From assembly GCA_902796585.1 (NCBI GenBank), contig CADBPN010000131.1, positions 1-56,040 on the forward strand: DNA of 56,040 nt. Direction: 5' to 3'. Shown piece after piece: positions 28,052-38,750 of this stretch. The notes below the pieces were generated by a model. That model did no database searches and was not told where the DNA came from. It saw only the letters and a list, made by a program, of their open reading frames with translations. The DNA is from an uncultured bacterium. Its GTDB lineage: Bacteria; Cyanobacteriota; Vampirovibrionia; Gastranaerophilales; Gastranaerophilaceae. The position numbers were made by a program, and so were the translations under genes. Position 1 is the first letter of the stretch. The number at the start of each line of letters is the position of its first letter.

Positions 28052-30649
28052 ATGCTAAAAGGAAATGAAATTAGAAAATTATATTTAGACTTTTTTAAAA
28101 ATAAACATCAACACACAATAGTTGAGAGTTCAAGTTTGGTGCCGGATAATCCTACTGTTTTACTTACAACAGCAGGTATGCTGCAATTTTTACCGATATT
28201 CCTGAATATACAGCCTTGTCCTTATGAGCCGGCAAGGGCAACCTCTTGCCAAAAATGTGCAAGAGCAGGCGGAAAAGATTCTGATATTGAAAATGTAGGA
28301 AGAACCCCGCGCCACCATACGTTTTTTGAAATGCTCGGAAACTTTTCATTTGGTGATTATTATAAGAAAGAGGTTATTCCTTGGGCTTGGGAATTTGTAA
28401 CAGAAGTTTTAAAGTTGGATAAAGACAGACTTTGGATTACTATTTTTGAAACAGATGACGAAGCTTATGAAATTTGGAGAAGTATAGGCGTTCCGGCTGA
28501 AAGAATAAAAAGAAAAGGTAAGAAAGATAATTTTTGGGGGCCTCCGGGAGCATCCGGTTCTTGCGGTCCTTGCAGTGAAATTCATTATGATTTAGGTGAA
28601 GAATACTCATGCGGTCATCCTAATTGCGGTATTGATACTTGTGAATGTGACAGATGGGTTGAAATATGGAACCTTGTATTTACTGAACTTTATCAAGATG
28701 AAGAAGGTAACCAATCACCGTTAGAGAAGAAAAATGTTGATACAGGAATGGGTTTGGAACGTATTACAATGGTTTGTCAAGGTGTAGCATCAACATTCGA
28801 AACAGATTTATTAAGACCAATACTCGATAAAGTTTCAGAAATGAGCGGGGTTGAATATAAAAAATCAGAAAAAACAGATGTTTCTTTAAGAATAATAACT
28901 GACCATGCAAGATGTGTAACATTCTTAATTTCAGACGGAGTAATTCCCGGTAATGAAGGCAGAAGCTATGTATTAAGAATGATTCTTCGTCGTGCACTTC
29001 GACATGGAAAAATTTTAGGAATGGAGTTACCGTTTTTACATAAACTGGTTGATGTAGTTGTTGAAAATTACGGTGAAGCGTATCCGGAACTTGTTAAAAA
29101 CAAAGAAAAAATCAAAGATGTAATAAGAAAAGAAGAAGAAAGATTTAATAAAACATTGGATAGAGGTTATAAACTTCTTGAAGAATTTATAACAGAAAAG
29201 AAAGATATTGACGGAGAAAACGCATTCAAACTTTATGATACTTATGGTTTCCCGCTTGAATTAACAAAAGAAATTGCTGAGGAAAACGGGCTAAAAGTTG
29301 ATGAAGAAGGTTATAAATCTGCAATGCAAGAACAAAAAGACAGAGCAAAAGCAGCAACCGCAAAAATTTCCGTAACCGGAGATATCAAGTATGCAAACTT
29401 AGAAAGAGAAGTCGGTTCAACAGAGTTTGTCGGTTATACAGAAAACGAATGCAATGCAAAAATATTAGGAATTATCGAGGGTGAAGGATTTGTGGATGTT
29501 GCTTTAGATAAGACTCCATTTTATGCTGAGTGCGGCGGTCAGGTCGGTGACTCCGGTATTATAGAGAATGAAAATGTAAAATTGGAAGTTTTAACAACTT
29601 TTAAAGTAAATGATTTATACGTTCACAGATGTACAATTTTAAACGGAGAAATTACAGTCGGTGAAACAGTGTCTGCAAAAATTGATGTTGCAAAGCGAGA
29701 AGAAACAAGAGTTCATCACACTTCAGCACACCTTTTGCAAGCTGCACTAATTAAGGTAGTTGGAGATGAAGTTAAGCAAGCAGGTTCTTACGTCGACAAC
29801 GAAAGAATGAGGTTTGACTTTACTTTCTCCAGAGCGATGACACCTGATGAAATAAAGAAAACAGAAAATCTTATGAACAAATGGATAGGTGAAGGGTATT
29901 CTGTAAAAACTCAAGTTATGGGAATAAAAGAAGCAGAACTTACAGGTGCAACTGCGTTATTTGGTGAAAAATACGGTGATACAGTAAGGGTTGTTTCTAT
30001 TATAAAAGGTGATGAATGTATTTCTAAAGAATTTTGCGCAGGAACTCACGCAAGAGAATTAAAGGATTTACGTTTAATTAAAATTGTATCAGAGGGAGCA
30101 ATTGCAGCCGGAACAAGACGTATAGAAGCTTTTGTTTCAAATGCAGCTATAAATTACTTGAATGCAAAATCTGAAGAAATAGATAAACTTGCATCTAAGT
30201 TTAAACTTCATTATGACGAAGTTGAATCAAGAGTTGAAAAGATACAAGAAGAGAATCGTGAACTTCAAAAAGAATTAGCTTCCGTAAAAGCGGATGCAGC
30301 ACGTTCTAAATTTGGTACATTTATTTCTAAGGCACAAGATATAAATGGCGGCAAATTATTCATTTCAAAGATTGAAGATATCGATTCTGAAGCTGTAAAA
30401 GCCGGCATGGAAATGATGGCTCAAAAATTGGGCGAAAGCATCATTGTTTTGGCAAGTCCGAGAATGGTTATCGCAAAAGTAACAGACGGTTTTGTTAAAA
30501 ACGGTGTAAATGCTGGTAAAATTGTGGGAGAAATCGCCAGAGCAACCGGTGCAAATGGCGGCGGCAGACCAAACTTTGCTCAAGGCGGCATTAAAGATTC
30601 TTCTAAACTTGATGAAATACTTGAAAAAATTGAAGTTGAATTAAAATAA
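28052..30649 (+). CDS. alaS: Alanine--tRNA ligase
   Basis: RHHTFFEMLGNFSFGDY, DTGMGLER, HTSAH...CAGTH, GGGRPNFAQG. Confidence 0.98.
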   Translation: MLKGNEIRKLYLDFFKNKHQHTIVESSSLVPDNPTVLLTTAGMLQFLPIFLNIQPCPYEPARATSCQKCARAGGKDSDIENVGRTPRHHTFFEMLGNFSFGDYYKKEVIPWAWEFVTEVLKLDKDRLWITIFETDDEAYEIWRSIGVPAERIKRKGKKDNFWGPPGASGSCGPCSEIHYDLGEEYSCGHPNCGIDTCECDRWVEIWNLVFTELYQDEEGNQSPLEKKNVDTGMGLERITMVCQGVASTFETDLLRPILDKVSEMSGVEYKKSEKTDVSLRIITDHARCVTFLISDGVIPGNEGRSYVLRMILRRALRHGKILGMELPFLHKLVDVVVENYGEAYPELVKNKEKIKDVIRKEEERFNKTLDRGYKLLEEFITEKKDIDGENAFKLYDTYGFPLELTKEIAEENGLKVDEEGYKSAMQEQKDRAKAATAKISVTGDIKYANLEREVGSTEFVGYTENECNAKILGIIEGEGFVDVALDKTPFYAECGGQVGDSGIIENENVKLEVLTTFKVNDLYVHRCTILNGEITVGETVSAKIDVAKREETRVHHTSAHLLQAALIKVVGDEVKQAGSYVDNERMRFDFTFSRAMTPDEIKKTENLMNKWIGEGYSVKTQVMGIKEAELTGATALFGEKYGDTVRVVSIIKGDECISKEFCAGTHARELKDLRLIKIVSEGAIAAGTRRIEAFVSNAAINYLNAKSEEIDKLASKFKLHYDEVESRVEKIQEENRELQKELASVKADAARSKFGTFISKAQDINGGKLFISKIEDIDSEAVKAGMEMMAQKLGESIIVLASPRMVIAKVTDGFVKNGVNAGKIVGEIARATGANGGGRPNFAQGGIKDSSKLDEILEKIEVELK

Positions 30650-30665
30650 TACGTAAAGTTTTAGA

Positions 30666-30704
30666 AACAAAGAGGATGATTATAATAAATCATCCTCTTT
30701 TGTT
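30666..30704. terminator. Bidirectional terminator alaS/yidC
   Basis: aaagaggatgatt/aatcatcctcttt. Confidence 0.85.
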
Positions 30705-30734
30705 GTTTTATATTTGTACTTTATATTTTAGAAT

Positions 30735-31817
30735 TTATTCCTTTTCTGTGATTTTTTTAGCATTTGCTAAGTCGTCATCATCAATTTTTTCCGATTTTTT
30801 AGCATCTTCTGATTCAAGTTGTTTATTAATAATAATAGTTTGTACAACTTGGAAACAGTTGCTTGCTACCAAATACAGAAGAACGCCGGCTGGTATCGGA
30901 ATTATAAAGAATGTAAAACCGAGCATTAACGGCATAAATGTATTCATGGATTTTTGCATAGCTTGTTGTGCAGGATCTTGATTTGCATTTTTATTCATAG
31001 CCATCATTGCTTTTTGTGACAATATCATTGTTATGATAAATAATACAAGCAGTGCAAATACATCAAAATGAAATTCTGATTTGACTTCTTTTGTAGGAAT
31101 TGTACTTATCAATAAACCGTCTTTTCTGTCGAATGTCATAGATTCAACTTCTTTTGTTTGAACATCTGTTATGTCGATATCTGCTTTTGAAATTTTATCA
31201 AGTTTGCTGAATGGAAGGTTTATACTATCCAAGCTAACTTTAAAATCAGTATTTTTTCCGGGAGTAAGTTCTCCTTGAACTTCAACAGCTTTGTTTGGTT
31301 TTGTTATTTTAACAGTTTCAGGTTCGGAATCATCAGTAAAATAAACTTTAGCAGTTTTTCCTGTCATAAAAGAGTCGTATTTTGATACACCGAGAACTCC
31401 GTCATGAGAAACTCCTGCACTGGTTTTCATAGTTGCATCAAGTCTGTTCACAAATAAAAATTTTGCATCACCCGCCATTTGGATAAACTGCGGACTCATT
31501 AATGATGAGTACAAGAGAATGAATATCGGCATCTGAATCAGAAGCGGGAAACAACCTGCCATTGGGTTAAATTTGTGTTCTTTGTAAAACTCCATCATTT
31601 TTTGCTGCATTTTTTGAGGATCGCTTTTGTAGCGTTCTTGTATAGCCTTCATTTTTGGCTGAAGTAATTGCATTGTTCTCATAGAACGTTGTTGAGAAAT
31701 ACCCAGCGGCCACATAGCAGCTCTAATAATTATAGTTAGTAATATGATACCGATTCCGTATCCGCCAAATATTGAGAGTTTCTTCAATACCAAAATAGTT
31801 AATGTTGTAAAGTCCAT
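30735..31817 (-). CDS. yidC: Membrane protein insertase YidC (internal soluble insertion)
   Basis: YGIGIILLTII, LQPKMKAIQERYK, GCFPLLIQMPIF, PAGVLLY. Confidence 0.95.
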   Translation of the reverse strand: MDFTTLTILVLKKLSIFGGYGIGIILLTIIIRAAMWPLGISQQRSMRTMQLLQPKMKAIQERYKSDPQKMQQKMMEFYKEHKFNPMAGCFPLLIQMPIFILLYSSLMSPQFIQMAGDAKFLFVNRLDATMKTSAGVSHDGVLGVSKYDSFMTGKTAKVYFTDDSEPETVKITKPNKAVEVQGELTPGKNTDFKVSLDSINLPFSKLDKISKADIDITDVQTKEVESMTFDRKDGLLISTIPTKEVKSEFHFDVFALLVLFIITMILSQKAMMAMNKNANQDPAQQAMQKSMNTFMPLMLGFTFFIIPIPAGVLLYLVASNCFQVVQTIIINKQLESEDAKKSEKIDDDDLANAKKITEKE

Positions 31818-31847
31818 AATTTATCTCTTCCCTTTTTTTTATTACAT

Positions 31848-33353
31848 CTAAAATCTCATAAAGTTCATATTGTGTTTTTCTAAATAAGCCTTCAAATCAC
31901 GTTTGATTTCCGGACATAAAATATATAATACAATTACGTTTGGAATACAAAGAGCTACCATCATAGCATCTGTTATGTCAATAACAGATTTAACATTCAT
32001 AACGGAGCCGATAACAACGAATATACAGTATATGAGGTTGAAAGTGAGAACTCTTTTTTTGCCTTCTCCGAGTAAGAATGTCCAAGCTTTTTGTCCATAG
32101 TACGCCCAAGATATTAACGTCGACATAGCAAATAATACTGCAATAATTGAAAGAATTATCGGGAAAAACGGAATTACTGATTGAAAAGCATTTGAAGCAA
32201 GCTCAATTCCTGAAATTTTGCCAACAGTTGTATTATCTAATACTCCCGAAAATACGATTGCAAAAGACGTAAATAAACAAAGAACACCGGTTAAAAATGT
32301 TTCAAGCAGTGCAACAAATCCTTGTGAAACCGGTTCTTTTGTTTGCGCAGTTGCATAAACAATTGCAGCAGCTCCGGTTCCTGCTTCGTTAGATTGTACG
32401 GAACGTCTCAAACCAATAATAATAGTTCCGAAAACTCCGCCTGCAACTGCAGTTGGGTGGAATGCTTCTTTTACAATTAAAGCAAGTGCGTGAGGAATGT
32501 TTGCAAAATTCGCTCCTATAACTATAAGACCTGAAACTATATATAGTAAGCACATTGTCGGAGTTAAAATGGTTGTAACTTTTGCTATACTTTTAATGCC
32601 ACCAACAACAACCATACCGATTAAAATAGCTGCTACCAGACCGATTACCCAAGTGTATCCATGAAATATACTATTTTCACCACCTGTAATGAATACAATT
32701 TGGTGAGCAGTTTGATTTATTTGAATCATGTTTCCGCCGGTTAAACCACCTCCGATACAAAGGATTGCGAAAAGGACGGAAAGCGGTTGTCCGAGCCATC
32801 TCATTTTTCTTCTTGTAAGACCATGTGCTATATAGTGCATAGGACCGCCGGATACTGAACCGTCCAGATTAAATCTTCTGTATTTTACAGCTAAGGTTGC
32901 TTCTACAAATTTTATAGACATGCCTAAAAGCGCACCAAAGAATATCCAAAAAGCAGCACCGGGCCCGCCTATTGAAATAGAAATTGCAACGCCGGCAATA
33001 CTACCTATGCCGATTGTTCCGGATAACGCTGTTGCAAGTGCCTGAAAAGATGAAACTTCACCGATACCGTCGTGTTTTTCTTTGTTAGGTTTTGCGACAA
33101 CTTCAACTGCGTGCTTAAATCCCCAAACAGCAATTCCTCTAAAGTATATTGTAAAAAATATACCGGCAATGAGTATCCAAAAAATAATTAACGGTACTTT
33201 ATTGCCGCATATTGAAATCGGAAAAAAGATAATACTTGCCACAAAATCTGATACAGGCGCAATATGTTTATCCATAAACTCGTCTACATTGATTGCAAAA
33301 GCTGACTGTAAAGTCATTAACATAGTGAACATAATTAATAAAAATCTTGTCAT
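31848..33353 (-). CDS. Alanine/glycine:cation symporter (AGCS/AlsT family)
   Basis: SSFQALATALSGTIG, GGPGAAFW, GGPMHY, SNEAG.G; start set at MTRFLL. Confidence 0.93.
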   Translation of the reverse strand: MTRFLLIMFTMLMTLQSAFAINVDEFMDKHIAPVSDFVASIIFFPISICGNKVPLIIFWILIAGIFFTIYFRGIAVWGFKHAVEVVAKPNKEKHDGIGEVSSFQALATALSGTIGIGSIAGVAISISIGGPGAAFWIFFGALLGMSIKFVEATLAVKYRRFNLDGSVSGGPMHYIAHGLTRRKMRWLGQPLSVLFAILCIGGGLTGGNMIQINQTAHQIVFITGGENSIFHGYTWVIGLVAAILIGMVVVGGIKSIAKVTTILTPTMCLLYIVSGLIVIGANFANIPHALALIVKEAFHPTAVAGGVFGTIIIGLRRSVQSNEAGTGAAAIVYATAQTKEPVSQGFVALLETFLTGVLCLFTSFAIVFSGVLDNTTVGKISGIELASNAFQSVIPFFPIILSIIAVLFAMSTLISWAYYGQKAWTFLLGEGKKRVLTFNLIYCIFVVIGSVMNVKSVIDITDAMMVALCIPNVIVLYILCPEIKRDLKAYLEKHNMNFMRF

Positions 33354-33688
33354 AGTTTCGTTCTCTTTTCCTCTTTCGACTCGTGTCGGTAAATTGTTAA
33401 AATTACGCTTTACCACGCTCTCTTAATTTTACCAAAAACATGCCAAGACATTAAAAAATCTTTACAAAAATAAAAAAGTTGTTACGAAAAGAGTTCATGA
33501 AAAATCAAAAATAAAATTTGTAAAAAAAATAATATATCTACACACACATAATCCAGTTGATATCTATAGTATATCTAATAAAACAAATGTGTCAATTCTT
33601 TGATTTACTTTATTGGCAAAATATGATAATTTATAAATGTAATCAGCTTAATTTAAGCGTTTAATCCGGACAAAAAGAGGGAAAATTT

Positions 33689-35365
33689 ATGTTTGAAAAA
33701 AATATAGAATACATTACAAATGAAACACTAAAAACAAAATTAAAATCAATGCGAATTGAAGAATCAAGAATAGATTTATCATTTTGCATGACTCCGTCTA
33801 ACGACTATCTTCTAATGAAAAATGATGTACCGATTGATGATTTAAATGATCCCAGAAAAGCGGTTCAAGAAATGTTTAAAAAGAATATAAAAAGTGAAAT
33901 GGGACCTAATGATATAATAATTACCTTTGGAATTGGACTTTGCTATTTATTAGATGAAGTTTTTAATACTTATCCTTCCAGAATTTTTGTTTACGAACCG
34001 GATATAAATATATTGCATTTTGTGCTAAATAACGTTGATATTTCTGAGCATTTATCAAGCGGGAGAGTTTATATAACTGATAATCTTGACGATTTAATTA
34101 AGGAATTGTCAAGCAAATATATGACCAAAGATAAAGTGGAAGTTGTATATCTTCAAAATTATGCCGTTGTTAAAAGTCAGGAATTGCTTGAATTGACTCA
34201 AAAAGTATACGAAACTTGTAAGAGCAAGACGGTTGATATCAATACAATAACACGTTATTCAAAAAAATGGTTATACAATTCTATTAATAATATTAAAGAA
34301 ATAAATACAAAAGACGTATATAAACTTTCAGATTTGGAAGAAAAATTTATAAACCAAACTGCTGTTATACTTGCGGCAGGTCCGTCTCTGAATGAAAATA
34401 TTGAGAAAATTAAAGCAAACAGGGAAAAATTTGTAGTATTTGCCGTAAATAAAGTTTTAAGAAAAGTAATTTCAGAAGGGATTATTCCTGATTTTGCAGT
34501 ATGCGTTGATGCTGAATATATAGATAACACTCTAAATGGTTTAGAAGAATATCTTGATAAAATCAGTTGTATTACAGATTTAAAATCTGATAATTTTATA
34601 TTTTCTAAAAACTTTAGAAAAATATTTGTTTCATTCACAGAAACAGATCAGTTGGTAAAAAAACTATTAGGATACAATAATTTTATAAAAACTTATGAGA
34701 GTGGTGGCTCTGCAACAACAATGGCATTTGTTGCAGCAGTAAAAATGGGTTTCTCGAAAATTATTTTTTGCGGTCTTGATTTGGCTTTTAAAGATTCTGT
34801 CGTATATTCTACAGGAGAAACTGTTGATAGAATATCCGAAAATAAAATTCAAGTAGGAAACATTGTGAAAGATGTTACCAAAATTCCTTCCGTAAAAGGA
34901 GATTATGTTCTTACAACTGATGATTATGCTGCTTTTGTACAGCATTTTGAATTCTTGATTAAAGAACTGGAATACTCTGAAGTATACAATACTACTTCAT
35001 TTGGCGCAAAAATTGCCGGCATGAAAAATTCTTCTTTCGATGATATTATACTATTAGGATTATCAAATACAACAGCGTTGATAGTTGGCGATTGTAATCC
35101 ATTTAAGCTGGAAATAAAGGAATTTGCGCAAGAAGAACTTGTATTGATTAATAATATAATAATGCTTATTTCAAAAAATGTTTTTTCTCCGGCTTTGGTA
35201 TCATCAATTGTTAAATCTACTTTAATGTACCAATATATGCAATCGGATATTTTAAAGGTTCTTCAATCCAAAATGGATGAAGGGTACGCAGATGAGTTTA
35301 TTAGTAAGGCAAAAATAGCAATAAAAGATGTAATAGATCTGTTACAGCAAAATGGTATGATATAA
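33689..35365 (+). CDS. Motility accessory factor (Maf)/MptE-like DUF115 protein
   Basis: FEKNI N-terminus, FGIGL.Y, AVILAAGPSL, GGSATT, IIFCGLDLAF. Confidence 0.8.
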   Translation: MFEKNIEYITNETLKTKLKSMRIEESRIDLSFCMTPSNDYLLMKNDVPIDDLNDPRKAVQEMFKKNIKSEMGPNDIIITFGIGLCYLLDEVFNTYPSRIFVYEPDINILHFVLNNVDISEHLSSGRVYITDNLDDLIKELSSKYMTKDKVEVVYLQNYAVVKSQELLELTQKVYETCKSKTVDINTITRYSKKWLYNSINNIKEINTKDVYKLSDLEEKFINQTAVILAAGPSLNENIEKIKANREKFVVFAVNKVLRKVISEGIIPDFAVCVDAEYIDNTLNGLEEYLDKISCITDLKSDNFIFSKNFRKIFVSFTETDQLVKKLLGYNNFIKTYESGGSATTMAFVAAVKMGFSKIIFCGLDLAFKDSVVYSTGETVDRISENKIQVGNIVKDVTKIPSVKGDYVLTTDDYAAFVQHFEFLIKELEYSEVYNTTSFGAKIAGMKNSSFDDIILLGLSNTTALIVGDCNPFKLEIKEFAQEELVLINNIIMLISKNVFSPALVSSIVKSTLMYQYMQSDILKVLQSKMDEGYADEFISKAKIAIKDVIDLLQQNGMI

Positions 35366-35375
35366 AGGAGTTCTA

Positions 35376-35972
35376 ATGAATAAAAGAATATTAATAATAT
35401 TTTCTATGTTATTGGTTAATATATTATCAGTAAATGCGTCTACTAATGTAAAAGTTGTCGCTCAAAATGATTTTAGTACAGAGAATCCATCTGCTAGTGC
35501 AGATTTTACTGTTATGGAAGATGCTCGTCTGGGCAGCTATCAACTTTTTATTGGTAATTCTCTCCATTGTGATGTAGTAAAAGTTACTGATCCCAAAAGG
35601 GGAAAAAGAAATGCAACTTTTTATGTAAAACCTGTCTCTTATAAAACAAATGAGGGTGTTGTAAAGAATATTACCGAAAATTTTGAAGGAAAATATACAA
35701 AAATTGTTTTATCAAAGGACACATTAAAAGATGTTGATAAAGTACAAGTCGCTGAAAAAGCCGCCGTAACTGTCGGTAATCATTTTGTTAAACTTTTTGG
35801 TCCTGCGGTTTCTATGACAAAAGGTGTTATTAACAGTAAAGGAAATAAACCGATAAGATCCGGTGTTAAACAGGTGTATAAAGATTCACCGCTATCATAT
35901 GTAGAAAAGGGTGGTGAAGTTGTTATAAAAACCGGTGATGAGTTTTATTTGGTTTTCAATGCAGATGATTAA
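35376..35972 (+). CDS. Secreted hypothetical protein
   Basis: Sec-type signal MNKRILIIFSMLLVNILSVNA; AGGAG RBS. Confidence 0.8.
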   Translation: MNKRILIIFSMLLVNILSVNASTNVKVVAQNDFSTENPSASADFTVMEDARLGSYQLFIGNSLHCDVVKVTDPKRGKRNATFYVKPVSYKTNEGVVKNITENFEGKYTKIVLSKDTLKDVDKVQVAEKAAVTVGNHFVKLFGPAVSMTKGVINSKGNKPIRSGVKQVYKDSPLSYVEKGGEVVIKTGDEFYLVFNADD

Positions 35973-35999
35973 TAATACTTAAAATTTGTTAATAATTTT

Positions 36000-36034
36000 G
36001 GCAATTTTATTCTAAAAAATTACTTTATATATAT
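36000..36034 (+). promoter_or_regulatory. Conserved promoter-like motif, copy 2
   Basis: GGCAA-ttttattctaaaaaatta-CTTTATATATAT upstream of 36059. Confidence 0.7.
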
Positions 36035-36058
36035 AGAGGATTTTTAGGATAATTTCTT

Positions 36059-37393
36059 ATGAAGTCAGCATTAAAATTTGCAGAATATTTAATTAAACCA
36101 AATAAAAGTATACTTTTGAATAATAAAGTTAAAAGTTGGGAGAATTTGAGCTGCAAACTTGTAACAAATCCAAATGGTGAAATTGCAAAAACGACAAGGG
36201 CAAATATCGGTGATATGTCATTGTGGCTTGAAGCTGATTTCAGAGAAAAACTACCGGAAGCAGCTCTTGAAGTGGATTGTATGTTCAAGGAACTGCCAAG
36301 TGTTGAGAAAGTCTTCCACCGTCCTAAAAGTGCTCTTTCAACTGAGCCTAAACTCTTAAGAGAGATAAAAAATACAGAAAATAATTCGTATAATTCAATA
36401 CAAGAAGCTTCTGCAAAGGTTTTAGACGGTATTGGTTCAAGAGTTATCACTAAGTCATTGGATAAATTATCATCTAAAGAGATAAAATCAATGGTTGATA
36501 ACATGATTTATAAAAATAATCCTCTTGACGCAAAACAAAAAAAATTGTTAATGGATTATATTTATGAGAAACCTATTCATCATTCTTTGGAGAAAGAAGC
36601 ATATTCTTTATTTAGAGAGTTTGCGCAGCCTCTTATCGAAAAACGTTCAAAGGATGTTGTAGAGCAGCTAACATTAAGTATTTTAAAATATCGTGTAACG
36701 ACCGGAGATATAACATTAAAAGCATTAGAAAATCAAGGATTTAACAGAAAGTTTCTGGATAGAATGTTTTCAGAACATGCACTTCCTTACAATATTACAA
36801 AAATAAGCAATTATGCAGGGCCTCATGGCTTGCCTGAATTTAGTGACAGTCAAATTCAAGAATTATACAAAGCTTTAAATACCGGTAAAAAAGGAAGTGA
36901 CCGCATAATTATAAATACAGCAGGTCAGTCGTTGTCATTATATTATCCGCAAGAACAAATAACAGAAATGTCTAAATCTGTCACTAAGCAAGCCGGTTAC
37001 AGGACAGCTCAATTAAACATTGCTCATGTAAACGGTGCAAAAGGTGAAATTCAGTTCAGAGGAGCGATGACAAATCTTATAGCTGAATATGAACACATAG
37101 CCTATGATTTGAGGCAAGGTAAGAATACTATAGGACCAATTTTTAGCGAATATACAGATGCGATTTCTAAATTATCGGATAAAGATTATTCAAGGTATAA
37201 CGAATATTTAGAAAAGTGGTATAACTATTACAACCGACTAGAACTTGGGTTACCGGCAAAGAAGCCCCAACTTCCAAAGGGGTTGAATAAGGTTCTTTCA
37301 AAAGAAAATCTAGAAAAACTTTATCACGAAAATCATTATTCGGAATCCAAAACACTTTCTCATTTTGGTCCTTATGTTATAGGTGTTGCTTAG
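36059..37393 (+). CDS. Divergent RelA/SpoT-type alarmone synthetase-like protein
   Basis: Ordered motifs RPKS..S..K, DGIGSRVI, GYRT, EIQFRG, AEYEHIAY. Confidence 0.75.
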   Translation: MKSALKFAEYLIKPNKSILLNNKVKSWENLSCKLVTNPNGEIAKTTRANIGDMSLWLEADFREKLPEAALEVDCMFKELPSVEKVFHRPKSALSTEPKLLREIKNTENNSYNSIQEASAKVLDGIGSRVITKSLDKLSSKEIKSMVDNMIYKNNPLDAKQKKLLMDYIYEKPIHHSLEKEAYSLFREFAQPLIEKRSKDVVEQLTLSILKYRVTTGDITLKALENQGFNRKFLDRMFSEHALPYNITKISNYAGPHGLPEFSDSQIQELYKALNTGKKGSDRIIINTAGQSLSLYYPQEQITEMSKSVTKQAGYRTAQLNIAHVNGAKGEIQFRGAMTNLIAEYEHIAYDLRQGKNTIGPIFSEYTDAISKLSDKDYSRYNEYLEKWYNYYNRLELGLPAKKPQLPKGLNKVLSKENLEKLYHENHYSESKTLSHFGPYVIGVA

Positions 37394-37401
37394 GGGGTAA
37401 A

Positions 37402-37809
37402 ATGGTAAAAATAATTCAATTAAACGTAAATAATATAACGAAAAACAACAAACTAAAACAAGTAAGTTTGCCCGATGAACTTTCAAATATTATTAAAAAC
37501 ATGAAAGAAGAGCTTGATAAACGAATAAAAGATTCAAGATATTCGACTAATTTTGCCGTTAATTTTGAAAAAGGATATATTCCTGATTTTTACGCTAAAA
37601 ATATTGCTCTTTTTGTTGAAAAGGATAGGCATGAAATTGATAATGCTTTTTTAGGCATATCAGTTCTTCATCCGACAATGGATATTGATGCCAGAACATA
37701 TATAACAAACGGTAAACTAAAAGATTTATTGGAATATGTAAATAAACAAGATTTTAAAGATGAGTTAAAAACAATTATTATGGAACTCTCCGAAGATTTA
37801 AAAAAGTGA
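37402..37809 (+). CDS. 135-aa hypothetical protein, candidate antitoxin/immunity partner
   Basis: Starts 8 nt after the previous stop with a GGGGGT RBS; function inferred from context only. Confidence 0.7.
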   Translation: MVKIIQLNVNNITKNNKLKQVSLPDELSNIIKNMKEELDKRIKDSRYSTNFAVNFEKGYIPDFYAKNIALFVEKDRHEIDNAFLGISVLHPTMDIDARTYITNGKLKDLLEYVNKQDFKDELKTIIMELSEDLKK

Positions 37810-37818
37810 GGTAATTTG

Positions 37819-38643
37819 TTAGTGAATCATGTACGTTGCGTTATTCCCTAAAACTTTGTCTTTTAGTCGTTTAAAACCTTTTCCGTAAATATATTTCATT
37901 TGTTCAACAAGGTTTTCTTCTACGTCAATTAAGTACATATCATGAACTATAAATTCTTTAATTATGAATACAATTCCTTGATTTTTTGTCCAAATAATAT
38001 TGGTATCTTCAGTGTCATTTTTTAAAGATGAAATTTTTCCGATAACTCCTTCATTGTCATCAGCTGCAATTATTACCATTCTGCCGCCTAGAGAAAGTTC
38101 TATATCTCTCGCAAAAGCATGTGCAAAAATCAAACCGAATCTGGAGTTTAAGTTATCATACCCTACAATTCGAATTTCTACATTTCTATTGTATGCATTC
38201 AAAAGTTCTTGCTCAAAGATTTTGAAATCTTGTGCCCAAACTTCCATATATATCTCGCGTTTAGCGTTTTTAATTACATCTATAATTTTATCTTGAATAT
38301 TCTGTTTACCGGTGATTGTAATTATTGGTTCATTGTAATTATCTTTAACTTCCGGAAGATGTTTTTCCAAATAATTAATAGTTGAATTCATCTTTTTTTG
38401 ATATGCAGAAGTGAGTTGCTTTGGTTTTATTGGTGTATAGCTGATAGGTTTTGTATTGGTTGAGACTACAATATTTTTTTCTTCCAAAACCTTTAATGTG
38501 TCATAAGTTCTGGATTGAGGTATATTTGCAAGTTTTGCAACTTCATATCCTGTTGCAGGATACTTTTTTAGTAGGGCAATATAAACTTTTGCCTCATAAG
38601 TATTAAAGCCAATGCTTTTAAGCTTTTCAACCAAATCTGCCAT
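37819..38643 (-). CDS. TrmB-family transcriptional regulator
   Basis: GFNTYEAKVYIALL, TGYEVAK..IPQSRTY HTH; IKNAKREI. Confidence 0.92.
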   Translation of the reverse strand: MADLVEKLKSIGFNTYEAKVYIALLKKYPATGYEVAKLANIPQSRTYDTLKVLEEKNIVVSTNTKPISYTPIKPKQLTSAYQKKMNSTINYLEKHLPEVKDNYNEPIITITGKQNIQDKIIDVIKNAKREIYMEVWAQDFKIFEQELLNAYNRNVEIRIVGYDNLNSRFGLIFAHAFARDIELSLGGRMVIIAADDNEGVIGKISSLKNDTEDTNIIWTKNQGIVFIIKEFIVHDMYLIDVEENLVEQMKYIYGKGFKRLKDKVLGNNATYMIH

Positions 38644-38750
38644 ATTTTGATTATATCATAATTCAAAAAGCATTGTAATAATATTTCGAATTAACTACAT
38701 GTTAATTGATTTATGATACAATATCATTAATCCAACTATAGGAAACATCT

